A stretch of 64,000 bases of DNA from a virus (IMGVR_UViG_3300025608_000017:20154-84153); one strand, 5' to 3'; numbered from the stretch's first letter, positions 21,301 through 33,500 are shown. The notes: generated by a model not told the origin, from the sequence alone. Translations and numbers: made by a program.

Positions 21301-21835
21301 CATAACCTCCTCCAATATTTCGTTTATCTAAACTGAGCAATGGCTCAGTAGTGCCTTGCAGCCTTCCGTCATCTGATAGTGTAATACCTACCGGAAGTGT
21401 GCCATCGCCATCAGCAATAAAATATGAAAGTTCATCGCCTGCACTTAAATCAGAATCAGTTGCTACTAACTGATAATCGACAATTTCGTTATCGAGGATA
21501 AACAAGCTATTGTTTGAACCAATTGGCAATAGTCCTTCGTTAGTTTGCCATGTAGGACTATCTGGACCAGTAACTACAAACTCAATAGTACAGTCTTGAA
21601 AACCTTCGTCGGTTGTTGCTCGGAACACAGCATTAAATGTTGTATCATATGCAACTTCATATACTGTGCCTACTATTATATTATTTTCTAGTCTTGACCC
21701 TGTGGGAATTTTGCCACTAATTAATTCTACGTCAGCAGTAATACCATTTGCTAATGGCAACGGAATATTAACCTGAGTTCTTTCGATTAGTGTTCTAAGA
21801 CGATTTCCAGTTGCAACATTCCATAATTTTAACAT
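18323..21835 (-). CDS. baseplate wedge-like protein with putative Ig (He_PIG-like) repeats
   Basis: 1170 aa; repeated LPxGxxLxxxGxIxG Ig-like motifs; structural cluster; late motif at 21858-21865. Confidence 0.7.
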   Translation of the reverse strand: MLKLWNVATGNRLRTLIERTQVNIPLPLANGITADVELISGKIPTGSRLENNIIVGTVYEVAYDTTFNAVFRATTDEGFQDCTIEFVVTGPDSPTWQTNEGLLPIGSNNSLFILDNEIVDYQLVATDSDLSAGDELSYFIADGDGTLPVGITLSDDGRLQGTTEPLLSLDKRNIGGGYDSAPFSGVPIDYSVTSSNGYGSFYYDTVDFDYNEPTANLRKLNRYYPFAVTVTDGENFVRREFKIYLVGDDYLKADNTIMQASTGVFTADNTNVRTPVWITPTDLGFKRANNYTTIYLEIVDNWTLEGVVVYTLEDVNDDGTPSELPPGMELDSQTGEVIGRIPYQPAITQNYRFTVRATRITTDLETVTIFANFYEDVLLGNNSFKINKIDLTGDIDGTNDLFELVGKKILLGKRQYTVTNVDARNTDYDIIFVDETLAPSINLQLSQTATVGQDHIFISRLTEAAKTKYTNRTLRFSNTETYTLNTFTPYIEWQVTQTTANDPFLPAYSPRVIEVNENYFIGDYVINTIETGGDGKIYQCTVSHSTASQKDEFGDDILVEGIVQLDFISANWQEVAETLEDLSLADRITATEQALEAEYNDTAYITVIDDLNWRIRVPSTSYSRIRSNIQDFFAGSDSSDIVATLIRDNEDKITLDKNLISQLNNGRNIGISLFAKDSFFKNLIVASNDEIDIPSTVKTFEVRVIGEIDSNINWITPADLGNINANFTSTLKLIAETTVPDTAMIYTLKSGKLPFGLTLNYDGEIIGTPRQFGTVDNPGLTTFENLAVTWDGSLPGDTTFDRSYKFTVEARDRFNYTAIEREFSLNVVDLNRTKYTDIYMRPMLPTDQKTYYKNFISNPEVFTPNKIYRPSDTTFGIQKNLDMLVYAGVEAASIDKFIAAAAKGHKRKKYILGDIKSAVAKESATSDTIYEVVYIEVKDPANSTVANTKTAESFKIKNKEKITVDSIQYAVVDDATRFNAGYNQLAIGTRSTVRFVFGQTDEIIIDTRAPAEEELNVDDADFEITVRDGGTVTIELQKGESEPYRFRPKTNTIKTDSNAVNVSQSNDSVRYISSIDNMRANIKTIGEEERNYLPLWMRTAQTGFEELDYITAIPICYCKPGEAASIINNIKNYGFDPKIINYDIDRYIVKQTENSDVEKFVLFANYQFNV

Positions 21836-21874
21836 TAAATAGATTCCTTATACAACGTATTTATCGGAAATATG

Positions 21875-22633
21875 TTATACAGCAATTGTGCCGAGATCAA
21901 GTGTTGTAGTATTAGGTGTAAGTATAGACCCGCCGTCTACATCAGTATTAACTATTAAATATTCTAATATATTAGACACAGTAGGAAACATTTGACCAAA
22001 GTCTGCCACGTTGTCTCCGAGAATGTTACGTATATCAATGTTGTGGACCAGGCCTGTCACGTTTCCTACAACATTACCTGTTACGTTTCCTACAACATTA
22101 CCTGTTACGTTCCCTGTTAAAGGACCATTAATTCCGGAACTAGTAATAGTGCCTACATTTAATAGATTATTTGCCTGTGCATCAAGATCACCACTTAATT
22201 GAGGAGATAAATCTGATACCAAATCGGTAATACCTGTATACTCAACAGTAAGCACACCGTCTACAATCTCTGTGCTAATGTCTGCTCCACCAGTTATAGT
22301 TAATGCTGCACTATCCTCTAATACAACATCACCTGTGTCAGCAGTAATAGTCAAATCACTTACACCACGGTCTGCGGCTATCACAATCTTATTATCATCA
22401 GCAGTCAATGTTACATTTGAACCAGCACTAATTTTTTTAAACTCTAAGTCATATGAACTTCTACGGAAGAATAAGCCTTCTCCAGTGTCTCCTAAGTTAC
22501 TAGCAGACGTTTGTTCATCATCACGTAAGTCTAACTCTTCAAAGTTTGAATTAATTTTGATCATTGCTTCACGAAGATCATCACCTGTTCCATCGTTTGC
22601 AACATTGCCTATATTAATTAATTGTACTGCCAT
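21875..22633 (-). CDS. virion protein with T4 gp9/gp10-like N-terminal motif
   Basis: INIGNVANDGTGDDLREAMIKINSNFEEL; GNV(T/V) repeats. Confidence 0.75.
   Translation of the reverse strand: MAVQLINIGNVANDGTGDDLREAMIKINSNFEELDLRDDEQTSASNLGDTGEGLFFRRSSYDLEFKKISAGSNVTLTADDNKIVIAADRGVSDLTITADTGDVVLEDSAALTITGGADISTEIVDGVLTVEYTGITDLVSDLSPQLSGDLDAQANNLLNVGTITSSGINGPLTGNVTGNVVGNVTGNVVGNVTGLVHNIDIRNILGDNVADFGQMFPTVSNILEYLIVNTDVDGGSILTPNTTTLDLGTIAV
22060..22111. repeat. 24-bp tandem repeat encoding GNVTGNVV
   Basis: CGTTTCCTACAACATTACCTGTTA twice plus a partial copy. Confidence 0.85.
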
Positions 22634-22634
22634 T

Positions 22635-24185
22635 TTATCTTCCTAATTTCATTTGAACATTACTATTGAACTTGTTAAATGCAAATCTATTTTCGCCACC
22701 TAACAAACTACGTGTGTCAGTATAAGCAACTGCGCTTGCAGTGTCGTATAGTTGTACAGTTTTAGCAGTAGAGTTAATAAACGACAACCCTTGTGCAGGC
22801 GTTGCATTGGGATTTAATTGAAGCCACAATGCTAGTAATCCTGCAACTTGTGGACTTGCCATACTTGTGCCGCCTATGTTATTAATTAAGAATGTAGCAT
22901 CTGCTGGATAAGGGTTGTCAACTAAGGTAGCACCAAATCTATTAGTTGTACTCATTGCACTCATAATATCTGTGCCTGGAGCATACACACTTACACCTGG
23001 ACCGCACTCTGAACTAGCTGATTTTTGTTCTAATCCTCCTGTGTGTTCTGCACTATCAATGTTGCCTACTATATGTGCTTCGTCGTCATAAGGACTAGAA
23101 CCTCTTTGATAAGATACTGAGCCAGTATTTGCTGCCATAAAGTTATCATAGTCATCGCCGCCTGCAACATCAATCTTATGACTCCTGTTTCCTGCTGCAA
23201 CACACACATGTATTCCGGCATCAATCATTAATTGCACATCAGCATCAACTGATGCTAGCCTTAAATTTGTTGCAAATCTGCCATTGCTTGTAGTTGGTGG
23301 CAATCCAAATGCCCAACGTTTTGCTGTGGTATCAATATCTGTACCTGTTTTTAAATCGCCTCTGTATGTAAGGTTAGTAACAGTATCATAACGTCTTAAA
23401 TAACCCCAACTGTGATTAACAACTGTTGGTCTTTTATAACCTGTTGCAGGATCTACTGCTTTAGCATTGTGCCACGCTATAATAACGTCAGCCATAGCAG
23501 TAACAGTGATACCGCTATTTGGATCTGTTGGGCCTTCTAAGCCAGCTAATTTTATACTATAAATTTTAGCGTTTTTGGCCCAGCCATATGTTTTGCCTGC
23601 CAGTGTGCCAGCAACGTGTGTGCCGTGTCCGTCATAGTCTGTGTAATGTTCTGGCGGCATTGTTCCAGAAACACCACTTACATCAAACCAGTCAATTTCT
23701 TGTACTCTGCTTACTCCATCAGCATCTTGAAATTCTGGATGATCAGCTTGTATGCCGCTATCTACAATAACAACATCAACACCTGTGCCGTCTAGTGTGT
23801 AATTATATCCGCCTGTAACGTTGACACCAGTATAGGGATTAGTAGCTTCGTTCATTCTACGCATGCCCCAATTTAAAAACTCGCCGCGGTCCAGTGTGGT
23901 TTTTGTAAACAGACCAGTTTGCTCGGCTCTAACTCCGATACCTGTATCTGGATCTAAATCGGGCAGCAAATCAACACCATAAACTCTTGAATCATTTTTC
24001 AGTGCTTCTGCTTCGTCGTCTGTTAAATTATAATGTGTGTTACGAGTATTAGTAGCACGTTGATCTGCAACGTTAACAGTGCGTCCAGGTATTGCTCCAG
24101 CTCCTGTAGTTGCAATCATTTCTTGATTAAATGCTACGTGATCTACACCTCTGTTTAAACTTACAATATATTCTTTTTCACTCAT
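22635..24185 (-). CDS. subtilisin-like serine protease (S8) with prodomain
   Basis: Triad motifs VVIVDSG, DGHGTHVAGT, GTSMASPQVAG; oxyanion Asn AAGN. Confidence 0.93.
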   Translation of the reverse strand: MSEKEYIVSLNRGVDHVAFNQEMIATTGAGAIPGRTVNVADQRATNTRNTHYNLTDDEAEALKNDSRVYGVDLLPDLDPDTGIGVRAEQTGLFTKTTLDRGEFLNWGMRRMNEATNPYTGVNVTGGYNYTLDGTGVDVVIVDSGIQADHPEFQDADGVSRVQEIDWFDVSGVSGTMPPEHYTDYDGHGTHVAGTLAGKTYGWAKNAKIYSIKLAGLEGPTDPNSGITVTAMADVIIAWHNAKAVDPATGYKRPTVVNHSWGYLRRYDTVTNLTYRGDLKTGTDIDTTAKRWAFGLPPTTSNGRFATNLRLASVDADVQLMIDAGIHVCVAAGNRSHKIDVAGGDDYDNFMAANTGSVSYQRGSSPYDDEAHIVGNIDSAEHTGGLEQKSASSECGPGVSVYAPGTDIMSAMSTTNRFGATLVDNPYPADATFLINNIGGTSMASPQVAGLLALWLQLNPNATPAQGLSFINSTAKTVQLYDTASAVAYTDTRSLLGGENRFAFNKFNSNVQMKLGR

Positions 24186-24199
24186 TTTATTTTCCTATA

Positions 24200-27175
24200 T
24201 TATGCTGCTGCTGCAACTGTTACCCAAGCACCGCCTAGATATGCTACTAATGTGTTCTTTGCGTTTGAAGCAGGATCCCATCCTGTTCCGTCTGCTACTG
24301 CTATCATACCGTTTACTGGATTAGCAGGTTCTGCATTCAATGGTGTTAATGTTAATGTATCACTAAACATTGCATAATTTGTAGCGTCTACCATTAGAGC
24401 ACTGTCATCTGCAAACACACTACCTGTTACATCGCCTGCTAATGCACCTGTATGATTGCCTTGTGCGCTGCCTACTAGAGTACCGTTAACTGTTGCATTG
24501 TGTATTGTTACTGCTTGGCTACGCGAACTTGATGTAGTACCAATCACAACATCGCCTGCTGCACTAGTAGCATTAATTGCAATATTTGCCACGTCAGCAG
24601 GATTGCCTGGAGTAACTGGTTGAGTAGTTAACTCAATATAATTTATGCCAGCTTGATCCATTTGTATCTTGCTTAGTCCGGCATCATCTGTACCTGCGTT
24701 AATATTAATAAATCCATCAACATTTACTGTTAAATCGTCACTTGTGTGATTTTCAATAGTTGTCGCTTTAATAAGTGTACCAGATATATTAGCAGATACA
24801 ATCGGACCAACAATTGTGCTTGACTGACCATCTATCAATACAGTACTGTCATCGCCTACTACGCTACCTTTTAAATCACCAGTAACGCCACCTTGCGCTG
24901 TGAGATTTGTAGTAATTGGTCCAAAAAATCTAATATCATCTGCTGTTAGATTAATTATTCTGTTTGTGCCGCCGGGTCCGATACTAATTGCATTGCCGTC
25001 GCCTGTAGCAGTAGTAATACTCATACTGTCGTCTGCTGTAATATTACCTGATACTACAGCCGGCATTGCTACTGTACCGTTTATTGTTGTAGTACTGCCG
25101 CTATTACCAATTGTAATTGTTGTAGCATCGTCTTGTCCTATCGTAAGTGCTGTGTTGTCAATATTACCGTTAACATTGCCTGTTAATTCGCCTATAACAT
25201 TACCAGTTAATAATGCGTTAAATGTTCCGTCTACTGTTGTAGTATTACCTGCCTTACCGATAGTAACATCGCCAGTTGTAGCACCTGTGCCGATATTAAC
25301 TGTGCCGGTTGCTGCACCATTAATATCTACTCCGGCAGTTGACGTAATGTTAATGCCACTGTCGCCGACTGTTACATCCCCACTTGATGCGTCACCTAAA
25401 CTAACTGTTCCGCCTGCACCTCTGTAGATGTTTAGTGCAGCACTGTCTCTACCTTGTACAGTAGTTGTAATTACTTCTATGTTTTCAACATCGCCTACTA
25501 CTTTGCCTGCAACACCGTCTACAAGTACTGTACTATCATCTCCAAATACACTACCTGTTACATCACCGTCAAATGTACCTGTAACTTCTAAGTTGCCATC
25601 AACTTTTACTTTACCCACTGGTAACAATTCAATATCAGTTGTAACACTTACAATTTGTACAAGACCATTGCCGCCCATTGTAAGTGTGCCAGTTGCAGTA
25701 ACATTACCGTCTGTCATTACAAGATCATCAGTTGATACTGATAAACTTCCTACAACATAATTAGCCTCAAGTCTATTAGCAAGTAGAGTAGCGTCATCAG
25801 TAACTATCCACTTGCCACCAAAGTTTTCTGTCCATACTAATGATCTGTTTGGCGATGTTCCTCGCTCGATTTCAATACCTGAAGTAGTTAGCGTAACTCC
25901 TGCACCTGCTTCACCTTTGTTAAGTGTAATAACATTGTCAGTAATATTTGTATTTGTAGTTTCGATGTTTGTAGTTGTACCTGTAACTGTTAAGTTACCT
26001 GCAATAGTAACATTGTTAAAGTTTGAAGTACCAGCTGCTGTTGTTATGTTTCCGTCGAATGTTCCTTCATGTAGCCCTGTCCATGTACCATTTTGATAAA
26101 CTTGCAATCTAGAAGTTGTAGTATTGTAAATTACATCGCCTTCTTGTGCAGCGATTGCTAGTTGATCGACTGCTGTAGTAGAAGAAAACTTGAACGGAAC
26201 TCCGCCTTGTATTTTTACTCTGTTGCCTGCCGTAATAGCCAAGTCGGTGCTTGCTGTTAATTGTGCAATTCCAATTGCTTCGCTTAAATTAACAGCATCA
26301 GTACTAATATCATCTGTATTAACTGTTACAAAGTTTGCTTCATTGAATGGGAATTCTTCCGTTCCTATTGCGCCGCCTTGTGCAAATTCTGGAGTTAGTG
26401 TGTCTAATAGTCTAGCAGTACCAATGCTTACTGTATTGCCATTAGTAGGAAGTATAACAATATCGTCGCCTTCGATATATCCTGTGGTTGCACCAAAATC
26501 TATATCGCCTACAATCTTACTTGCAACAGCATCTACTAATAGTGTACTGTCATCGCCAAAAACACTGCCTTGTATATCTGTTACAAAAACACTGCCGTCG
26601 TCGAATAAACCGGATAGTTGTGCATCTAAATCAGCTTCTCTTAGATATCCAATATCGTCTGTAAATTCTGATAAGAAAGTCGGTGCGCCTTCTAACGCTG
26701 CATAAGTTATTTTAGAAGTTTCTGCATTGAATACAATCTCTCCATTGTATCCTCGAAGGTTTCCTTTTAGCGTAGTAGCAACAATTTCATTAAATCTTGC
26801 CGCAAGTGAACCTACGTTACCTACGCCAGATTCACTTGGTACGATGCTAGTATCAACTGTAATAGTATCAATTTCGATATTGCCTAGGTCACTCAGAGGT
26901 CTATACTCTAATCCAGTACCATCAGCTTTTACTTTTACAAAGTAGTTTGGAGAGCCTATAAACGAACTAGGAGTGTCTGTTAAATCTGCAAATGCTTGTG
27001 CAACAAGTCTATTTCCAGCAACTCTAATATCAGCAGCATTGATTGTTCCTATTGCGGTAATATTCTGCACACCAACAATACTGTTGTCTGCAAGATTTAA
27101 ATTATCCCCAGCTTGGATTTCTTTAATTTTATTGTTATCTGTAGTATCAAGTACTAGGGGAAATCTATTTGCCAT
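24200..27175 (-). CDS. tail fibre-like protein
   Basis: 991 aa, Gly/Thr/Val/Asp rich, four GSV(F/V)(G/A)DDS..L.D repeats; late motif at 27200-27207. Confidence 0.75.
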   Translation of the reverse strand: MANRFPLVLDTTDNNKIKEIQAGDNLNLADNSIVGVQNITAIGTINAADIRVAGNRLVAQAFADLTDTPSSFIGSPNYFVKVKADGTGLEYRPLSDLGNIEIDTITVDTSIVPSESGVGNVGSLAARFNEIVATTLKGNLRGYNGEIVFNAETSKITYAALEGAPTFLSEFTDDIGYLREADLDAQLSGLFDDGSVFVTDIQGSVFGDDSTLLVDAVASKIVGDIDFGATTGYIEGDDIVILPTNGNTVSIGTARLLDTLTPEFAQGGAIGTEEFPFNEANFVTVNTDDISTDAVNLSEAIGIAQLTASTDLAITAGNRVKIQGGVPFKFSSTTAVDQLAIAAQEGDVIYNTTTSRLQVYQNGTWTGLHEGTFDGNITTAAGTSNFNNVTIAGNLTVTGTTTNIETTNTNITDNVITLNKGEAGAGVTLTTSGIEIERGTSPNRSLVWTENFGGKWIVTDDATLLANRLEANYVVGSLSVSTDDLVMTDGNVTATGTLTMGGNGLVQIVSVTTDIELLPVGKVKVDGNLEVTGTFDGDVTGSVFGDDSTVLVDGVAGKVVGDVENIEVITTTVQGRDSAALNIYRGAGGTVSLGDASSGDVTVGDSGINITSTAGVDINGAATGTVNIGTGATTGDVTIGKAGNTTTVDGTFNALLTGNVIGELTGNVNGNIDNTALTIGQDDATTITIGNSGSTTTINGTVAMPAVVSGNITADDSMSITTATGDGNAISIGPGGTNRIINLTADDIRFFGPITTNLTAQGGVTGDLKGSVVGDDSTVLIDGQSSTIVGPIVSANISGTLIKATTIENHTSDDLTVNVDGFININAGTDDAGLSKIQMDQAGINYIELTTQPVTPGNPADVANIAINATSAAGDVVIGTTSSSRSQAVTIHNATVNGTLVGSAQGNHTGALAGDVTGSVFADDSALMVDATNYAMFSDTLTLTPLNAEPANPVNGMIAVADGTGWDPASNAKNTLVAYLGGAWVTVAAAA

Positions 27176-27215
27176 TCTTTAAAATCCTATTGTTATACAT
27201 ATTTATCGTATCTCA

Positions 27216-27419
27216 TTAAAGTGCTGCGATCCTAGCCTGAAAGTCTGCAAAGCTTGTTGCAGCAGCTACTTCTGTTTGTAGTGTTGCTAAACTAATAAAA
27301 GCTTCGTCAGCGGTATACAACTCGTCGAAGTTGTCATTTGCTTTGTCAAATGCTGTGCGCAACGGATCGCCGTCACCTTTGTTTGCACTAGTACCTAGAT
27401 TAATTGTTTGCTTTGCCAC
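27216..27419 (-). CDS. 67-aa protein consisting mainly of the gp9/gp10-like N-terminal motif
   Basis: GTG start with AAAGGGG RBS; INLGTSANKGDGDPLRTAFDKANDNFDELY. Confidence 0.8.
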   Translation of the reverse strand: MAKQTINLGTSANKGDGDPLRTAFDKANDNFDELYTADEAFISLATLQTEVAAATSFADFQARIAAL

Positions 27420-27552
27420 GGTCTGCCCCTTTGTTGACTTGTATTCTTAGTTTGCCCGCAGTAGCAACTACTTGTCTGCCTTGCGGATTTTTAGTGTCAT
27501 TGCTGGCTTTTACGCCAGCTTTGATTAATTTGTCTACTGATTTTTTATCCAT
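27400..27552 (-). CDS. 50-aa basic protein (not in the ORF track)
   Basis: Manual translation MDKKSVDKLIKAGVKASNDTKNPQGRQVVATAGKLRIQVNKGADRGKANN; TAATG coupling to the giant gene. Confidence 0.6.
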   Translation of the reverse strand: MDKKSVDKLIKAGVKASNDTKNPQGRQVVATAGKLRIQVNKGADRGKANN

Positions 27553-30500
27553 TAGTGTTTACCTACTACAACTTCAACTGTGCCTTTGTCACCGTCAAGT
27601 TTGTCTTCTAGTGCTTTACCAATTACACTGCCAACAGTTGGTGTATTGTTAACAATAGCATAACCTGGAACATTACTTGCTACAAGCATATCGCCTTTTG
27701 CAACTTTGCCAATTACATTACATGGTACACGCCCTTGTAGTGCTATTGCAACAACGTTGTCGCCTTCACAATGCGAGTTCATTAGGTGTGCTGGGTTAGT
27801 CGATACAACGCCTGCTACACGATGTGTACCGTGTGTTGTACTTTGTGTAACTTCAGCTGCGCCGCCAAACTCAATAACTGTGCCAGGAGTATACTCTGCA
27901 TCAGCCAAGTAATTCTCTGCCAAGTCAGCGTAGTATGATTCAGTTGCAGTACCACGGAACAATGTTGCATAAACATCTTTGTACTTTTTAGTTGCACTAC
28001 CAATGTCATATGTATTATCAGTATCAGGCACTATGCCTGTTGAGCTAAAGATAGCAGGTACAACACTTGATGCACTACCTGTGTCAGCAGTAACAATGCC
28101 TACTTGTCCAGCAGTAGTTTTACCAGTGTTAGCGCCAATTGCAATAGCTGTACTTGCAGCACCTTTTTCACCTGGTGCTTCAATAAAGCTTGAATAGATC
28201 CAGTCAACTCCAAGTACTTTCTCACCTGTAAAGTTTGAAGTACCTTGCAAAATACTTTCGCTAATACCAGTGCCGCCGATGCCTACACTGCCTTTTACCA
28301 ACATATCTGGGTATGTAGGTGAGCCGCCGCCAGTGCCGCCCACTGCTGTAAATATCAAACCTTGTGATGGTGTTTTTACTTGTAATGTTAAACTATCTAA
28401 ACTTAACACTTCGTAGCTACTATCACCGCCAAGTATTAAAGAGTTGACCTGTATGGTACCTTCTTGATCTGTCTTTACAATACTATTGCCTTCTCCAGTA
28501 ACACTTATGTTACTAATGCCATATGTGCCGTCACCTGTTTTGACCAGTGCTTCGCCTGCATCGCTGGCTGCTAATATTTCAGCAGTAAAGTCAGCATCTA
28601 ATAATCCAGTGCCTTCATCTACAATTGTACTAAACGGTATTTCACTTACTACTCCTGAGCCATCTGCACTTCTGCCTAAAACAGTATCAGTTGCAATATT
28701 TTCCAAGTCTATTAAACTAACACTGCCTGATTTAACAGTTACCCAACCGTCTGTAACTTCAAACTTAGCATCATCAAAGCTTGCACTACCTAAGTCACTT
28801 TGACTAATGCCCGTAGCATCTACTCGTGTAGTTGCAGCATTTAAGTTTAGTTTACTTTGTGCAATTTGTGCTGTTCCTGATACATCAGCATTAACAACTG
28901 AACCTGTTGCAACAGACATGTTGATTTCAACTTGTCTACCATCTCCTGCTGTTCTAGTGGTGGTAATAACAACATCACTAGACTCTGCTGCAACACCATT
29001 TGCCCATTCATCAACTGGACCATCGAGAACATTGCCTTGCTTTCCGCCTGGTGCTGTGAGTACATCTGCTGCGGGGCCATCTGCAGGCTTGCCGTCACTG
29101 AATACTCCTGTTAAAGGTTCATATGTTATTTCAACAATATTCCCTTCAATTCCAACTAATCCATCTTTATAATCAACAACAGTGCCTGTTGCACCTGATA
29201 TAGAACCAGTAATTACATCAGATACTGCAAACCCGCCGCCTAAAATACTTCCGGCTTCTAAAATAAGTTTCTTATTTCCTGTTGAAACCAGCAATTGGTT
29301 AGCTGCAATATTATTATACTCAACACTACGCAAGTCTTTGATTTCATCATTGCCTCCACGGCCTTCGTCAACATAAGATTTAGTTGCAGCATCTGCATCA
29401 TTAACAGGAGTACCTAAGTTAGTAATAGTATTGCCTGCTGCGTTTAAGTCGTCTGTCATTGGTACAGCACCGTTAGGAGCAAGCACACCTGGCCCAAGTT
29501 TGTTAGCAACAGGAGCACCAGTTACATCGTAACCCAAACGTCTGTTAACATAACCACGTACAGCACTTTCTGTTGGAACTGTATCCGAAGCGTTATCTAC
29601 CATTGCTGTGTCTGTTGAGAACTCAGTAATAACAACACCACGTTTAAAGCCTAGTCCGTCTACATCACTAAGTGCAAGACTTGCACTAAATGTAACTGTA
29701 CCAGTACCTTGGTCCACACTAAAGAATCTACCAACTCTAAAGATACCGTTTTGGTCTGTACTCACATAGAACACACGACCTTTGCCTTTTTCAATAACTT
29801 CGTTAGATTCTTTCTTTTCACCCGGTTCGCCAAAAATAACGTTCGGATAGTTACTAGTATTAAATCCTCCTGTACCAATGTCTAAGAAATCGTGTCCTGT
29901 AGCACGACACGTACTAATGTTAACAGTAACACTACCAGTAGCGCCTGCTTTCAATCCTGCACGTAGAGTAACTAGTTCACTGCCTAATACAGTTGTACTT
30001 GCAATACCAGTTGCATCAGTTTGGTTAATAGTATCATAATCAACCAAATCAACAATTGCATATATGTTATCTTCACCTGGCTCTTCGACTACATCTCCAG
30101 CACCAACTCCACGGTAGTTAAACACATAATGTTTCTTGCCGCCCCAAGTAATAATTGGAGAGTCTGTTGCTAAACTATCAGCAGTCCATCCAGCTGGTCT
30201 ATTTCCTGTTGGAGTTCTAGCATTATTATTGAGTCTGAATATTTCGTTTTCGTCTGCTAGTTTAACAGCAAGCACAACATCGCCAACTGTATTACCTTTG
30301 GTAGTACCTGTGCCTGCCAGTGCAGTTTCCTGTGCTTTAGCAGGATCAATACTTAATCTAATAAAATCGTATGTACTATCAAGTCCAGCTTGTGAAGTGT
30401 TTTCAGGCAGATCGTTGCCGAGACTATCACTTGTTAAGAAACTGATTGATCTATAAACAAAGTCTGGATTTTCATCAAAGGTTAGTGCTGTACTTGGACG

Positions 30501-33500
30501 AATTGTTAATACATCGGGACGAGCCAAATCACTAATAATATGTGTTTGATTTCTGTAGTAAACAATACTGGTGTTAAATGGTACAATTTCTAGTAGACCG
30601 TTTGCACTAAATTGTGTGTCACTTGTACTAAAGTTTAGCTTATACACTTTACCGCTATACATCGGTGTTGAACCTTCAACAGCAATAGTACCTGCGGCGC
30701 TTACTTCAGTAATTGCACCATCACCGTCAACATCATCAACTGTAACTGTACAATCGTTTGCTGGTGTCGCACCACCTAATTTATCACCTGTTACAACAAA
30801 TGTATCGCCTACTGTATAGTTAACACCGTCATTTGCCCCAGCAAATTCTACACTATATCCTGCATCTATCGTTTTATACAAATTAAACACAAATCCAGTT
30901 GCAGCTGGATCTGTCTTAGTTGCAGTATAATCAGTTGTTTCTGCAAGTAAAGGATATTCCCCAATAATGTGAGTTACAAGTTCTGCGTTTGCAACTTCGT
31001 AACGTGCAAATGCTGGACGAGCAGGGTGATAAATGTTAACTTCTGATCTGTTGCTCGGTACATCTTTCATATCATATACGTATACTGCCAGAGATTCTTT
31101 AGGATTATCATATCCATTAGCATCAACACTAACAGGAACACTATTTGCACCAAGTGCTCCACTAACACTACCAGTTATTTCATTAGTTGTATCAAATGCT
31201 CCTGTGATGCTTGTTAAATAAACTACATTACTGCCGCCTGTTGTACTTGTAGCAACAGCAACTTCACCAGTTGCTCCACTAAGTGCTTGTGTTAATGTTT
31301 CTCCTGCTTGTAGTACCAATGGTCCTGTTGTAAACAAGATTGCATCAACATCAAATGCTTTAGCAGGTTGCGTCATATCTTCATACAGTGCAATCGAGTC
31401 TGGAATTTCGTTTGGATCTGATCCTTCTGCAACTAGGCCAAATTCGCCATAACAACTCGAACCTGTTAGTGATCTAATTTCAGCACCATTTTTTGAATAG
31501 TAACTAGCGTGACAGTAGTATGTGAACATACTAACCATTTCTGATAGAGCGCCGTTTGCAGCAACTAGACCGTAGCCTAAATCGTTAACCTGTGTAAAGT
31601 CGTTACCTAAGATACTTCTGTTACCAGCTGTTTGTAGTGTGATTGGCAATGGTGAGTCTATGCTCTGTAGAACACGATTAATAATTAATGCTCTATTAGA
31701 AATAACATCATTTGCTGCATCTGTTAGCTCTGCACTCACTGCAAGTGTTGTTAGATCTGGATTAACAACATCTGGCAAGCTATTCAAATTACCTGCTGTA
31801 ACAACATTTTCAATAATTTGCAATAGTGCATCTAGTGCATTACCTTCTGTTGCTGTTGCTGCCGCTCCTGATGTATCTTGTACTTCTACGTTTCCAATTT
31901 GAGGAGTTGTAGTAGCGACACCGGTTGCATCTGTAATAACTGCTGCAACTACTGTTGCTAGGTGATCATATGCTGCTGCTGTAGCAAGTCTCTGTGCTTC
32001 TGGTAACTGGGCTGCTGCACCATCTAAGTATGCCATAGCGTTAGTTACTGTACCGCTGTTACCACCATAAAGAATATCATACGTTAACGCATCGACAATG
32101 TATCTTACATCTCTAGCACATTTAGTTTGATTGTATCCTGCTGGAGGAGTATTATTGTTTACAAATGCAACAACTTCAGCTGCTAAAAATGCTCTGTTGT
32201 TCTGTAGTCTTGTAGCAGCGTCATCTGCATCGGTTGTTGGAAGTGCCGCAGGAGAAGGGAAAGAAAGTGCATCTGCTACACCATCACCTGGCTCACTTAC
32301 ACTCTGTGTACCGTTATTGATAATATCAATAACTTCATCAAAGCCTGCATTTGATCTTGCTAATGCTGTTGCACTATCTGCTATTTCTGTAAGTGCTGCT
32401 ACTTCAGTTTTACCTTTTGTAATGGCTTGTACAGTTTGTGTCTGTTGATTATTTTGTACATACGAGCCTGTTGCTCTTTGATAAGCAAGTCCGTTGTACA
32501 CACTATTATAGTTTGTGCCAAGTGCAACATCAAATGTAATCCCGTCTAAAATGTATCCAGTATCTCTAGCACACTTTACACTATCAAATTCAAAAGTACC
32601 AACTGAGTCTAAATCAACTCCGGTTGCTAATGTACTCGTAATACCGGTAAATCCTGTACCATTGTTTGAACTTGGGTCAAGAATTAGCTCTGCTGTTCCA
32701 GCATTTTTATCATAATTTGTTACAGCATTAACTTGAAAACGTCTACCGTCAATGTAGAAGGCACTTGGTGTTTCTGGACGTCTTACAAATAATCCCTGTG
32801 GCTCTGTCGGCGAGCCTAAACTTTGGATACTTAATCTAAATGCACTGCCGTCGACTTTTTCTGTAACTTGTACTGCTGAGTTACCAACAAACGCATCAAC
32901 AAACAATCCTCCTCTAAACGCTTGCTTGTTAAGTGACTGTGAGAAACTTGAACCAGTTTGGATGTATGGAGATTTAGTTAGTACCTGACCTTCAGGATCA
33001 AGTACACACATAAATCCGCCATGTCCTTGTACTGTAATATTACGCACCATTGTTGCATCATTCATTAAGAACACATCCATGTCAATGTTATTCAATGGCG
33101 GATTATAATCTTCATTAAATGCAAATTTAACTGTGTCGATTAAGTTTTGTAGTACAACATCTGGTCCATCAATCACTCTCCAGAATTCTGCAATAGTTGC
33201 TGCATCAAATGCCGAGCCACTGATATGTTCTTTAGTAGGAGTATAATATGTAGTTACACCTAGTCCAGTTGTAAACTTAATTACATTGCCCAGTCTATAA
33301 GTTTCGCCACTTTCCCATGAATCAGGCTCGCCTGATCCGTTGAACAAGTCTGCTGCGTATAGTCTATTACTAGCATCGCCGCCTGCCTGATTATAAAGTG
33401 TAGTTGGATTTTCACCTAAGATCAACTTGCTTGCTATTGTATAGATATGTTGAATGCCTGCAACAGTTTCATCTTCTGTACCTGCTTCAACTGCACCTGC

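Noticed and set aside
27216-27552. Programmed frameshift fusing the 50-aa and 67-aa ORFs
   Set aside because: No in-frame X XXY YYZ heptamer; the 67-aa ORF has its own RBS and GTG start.
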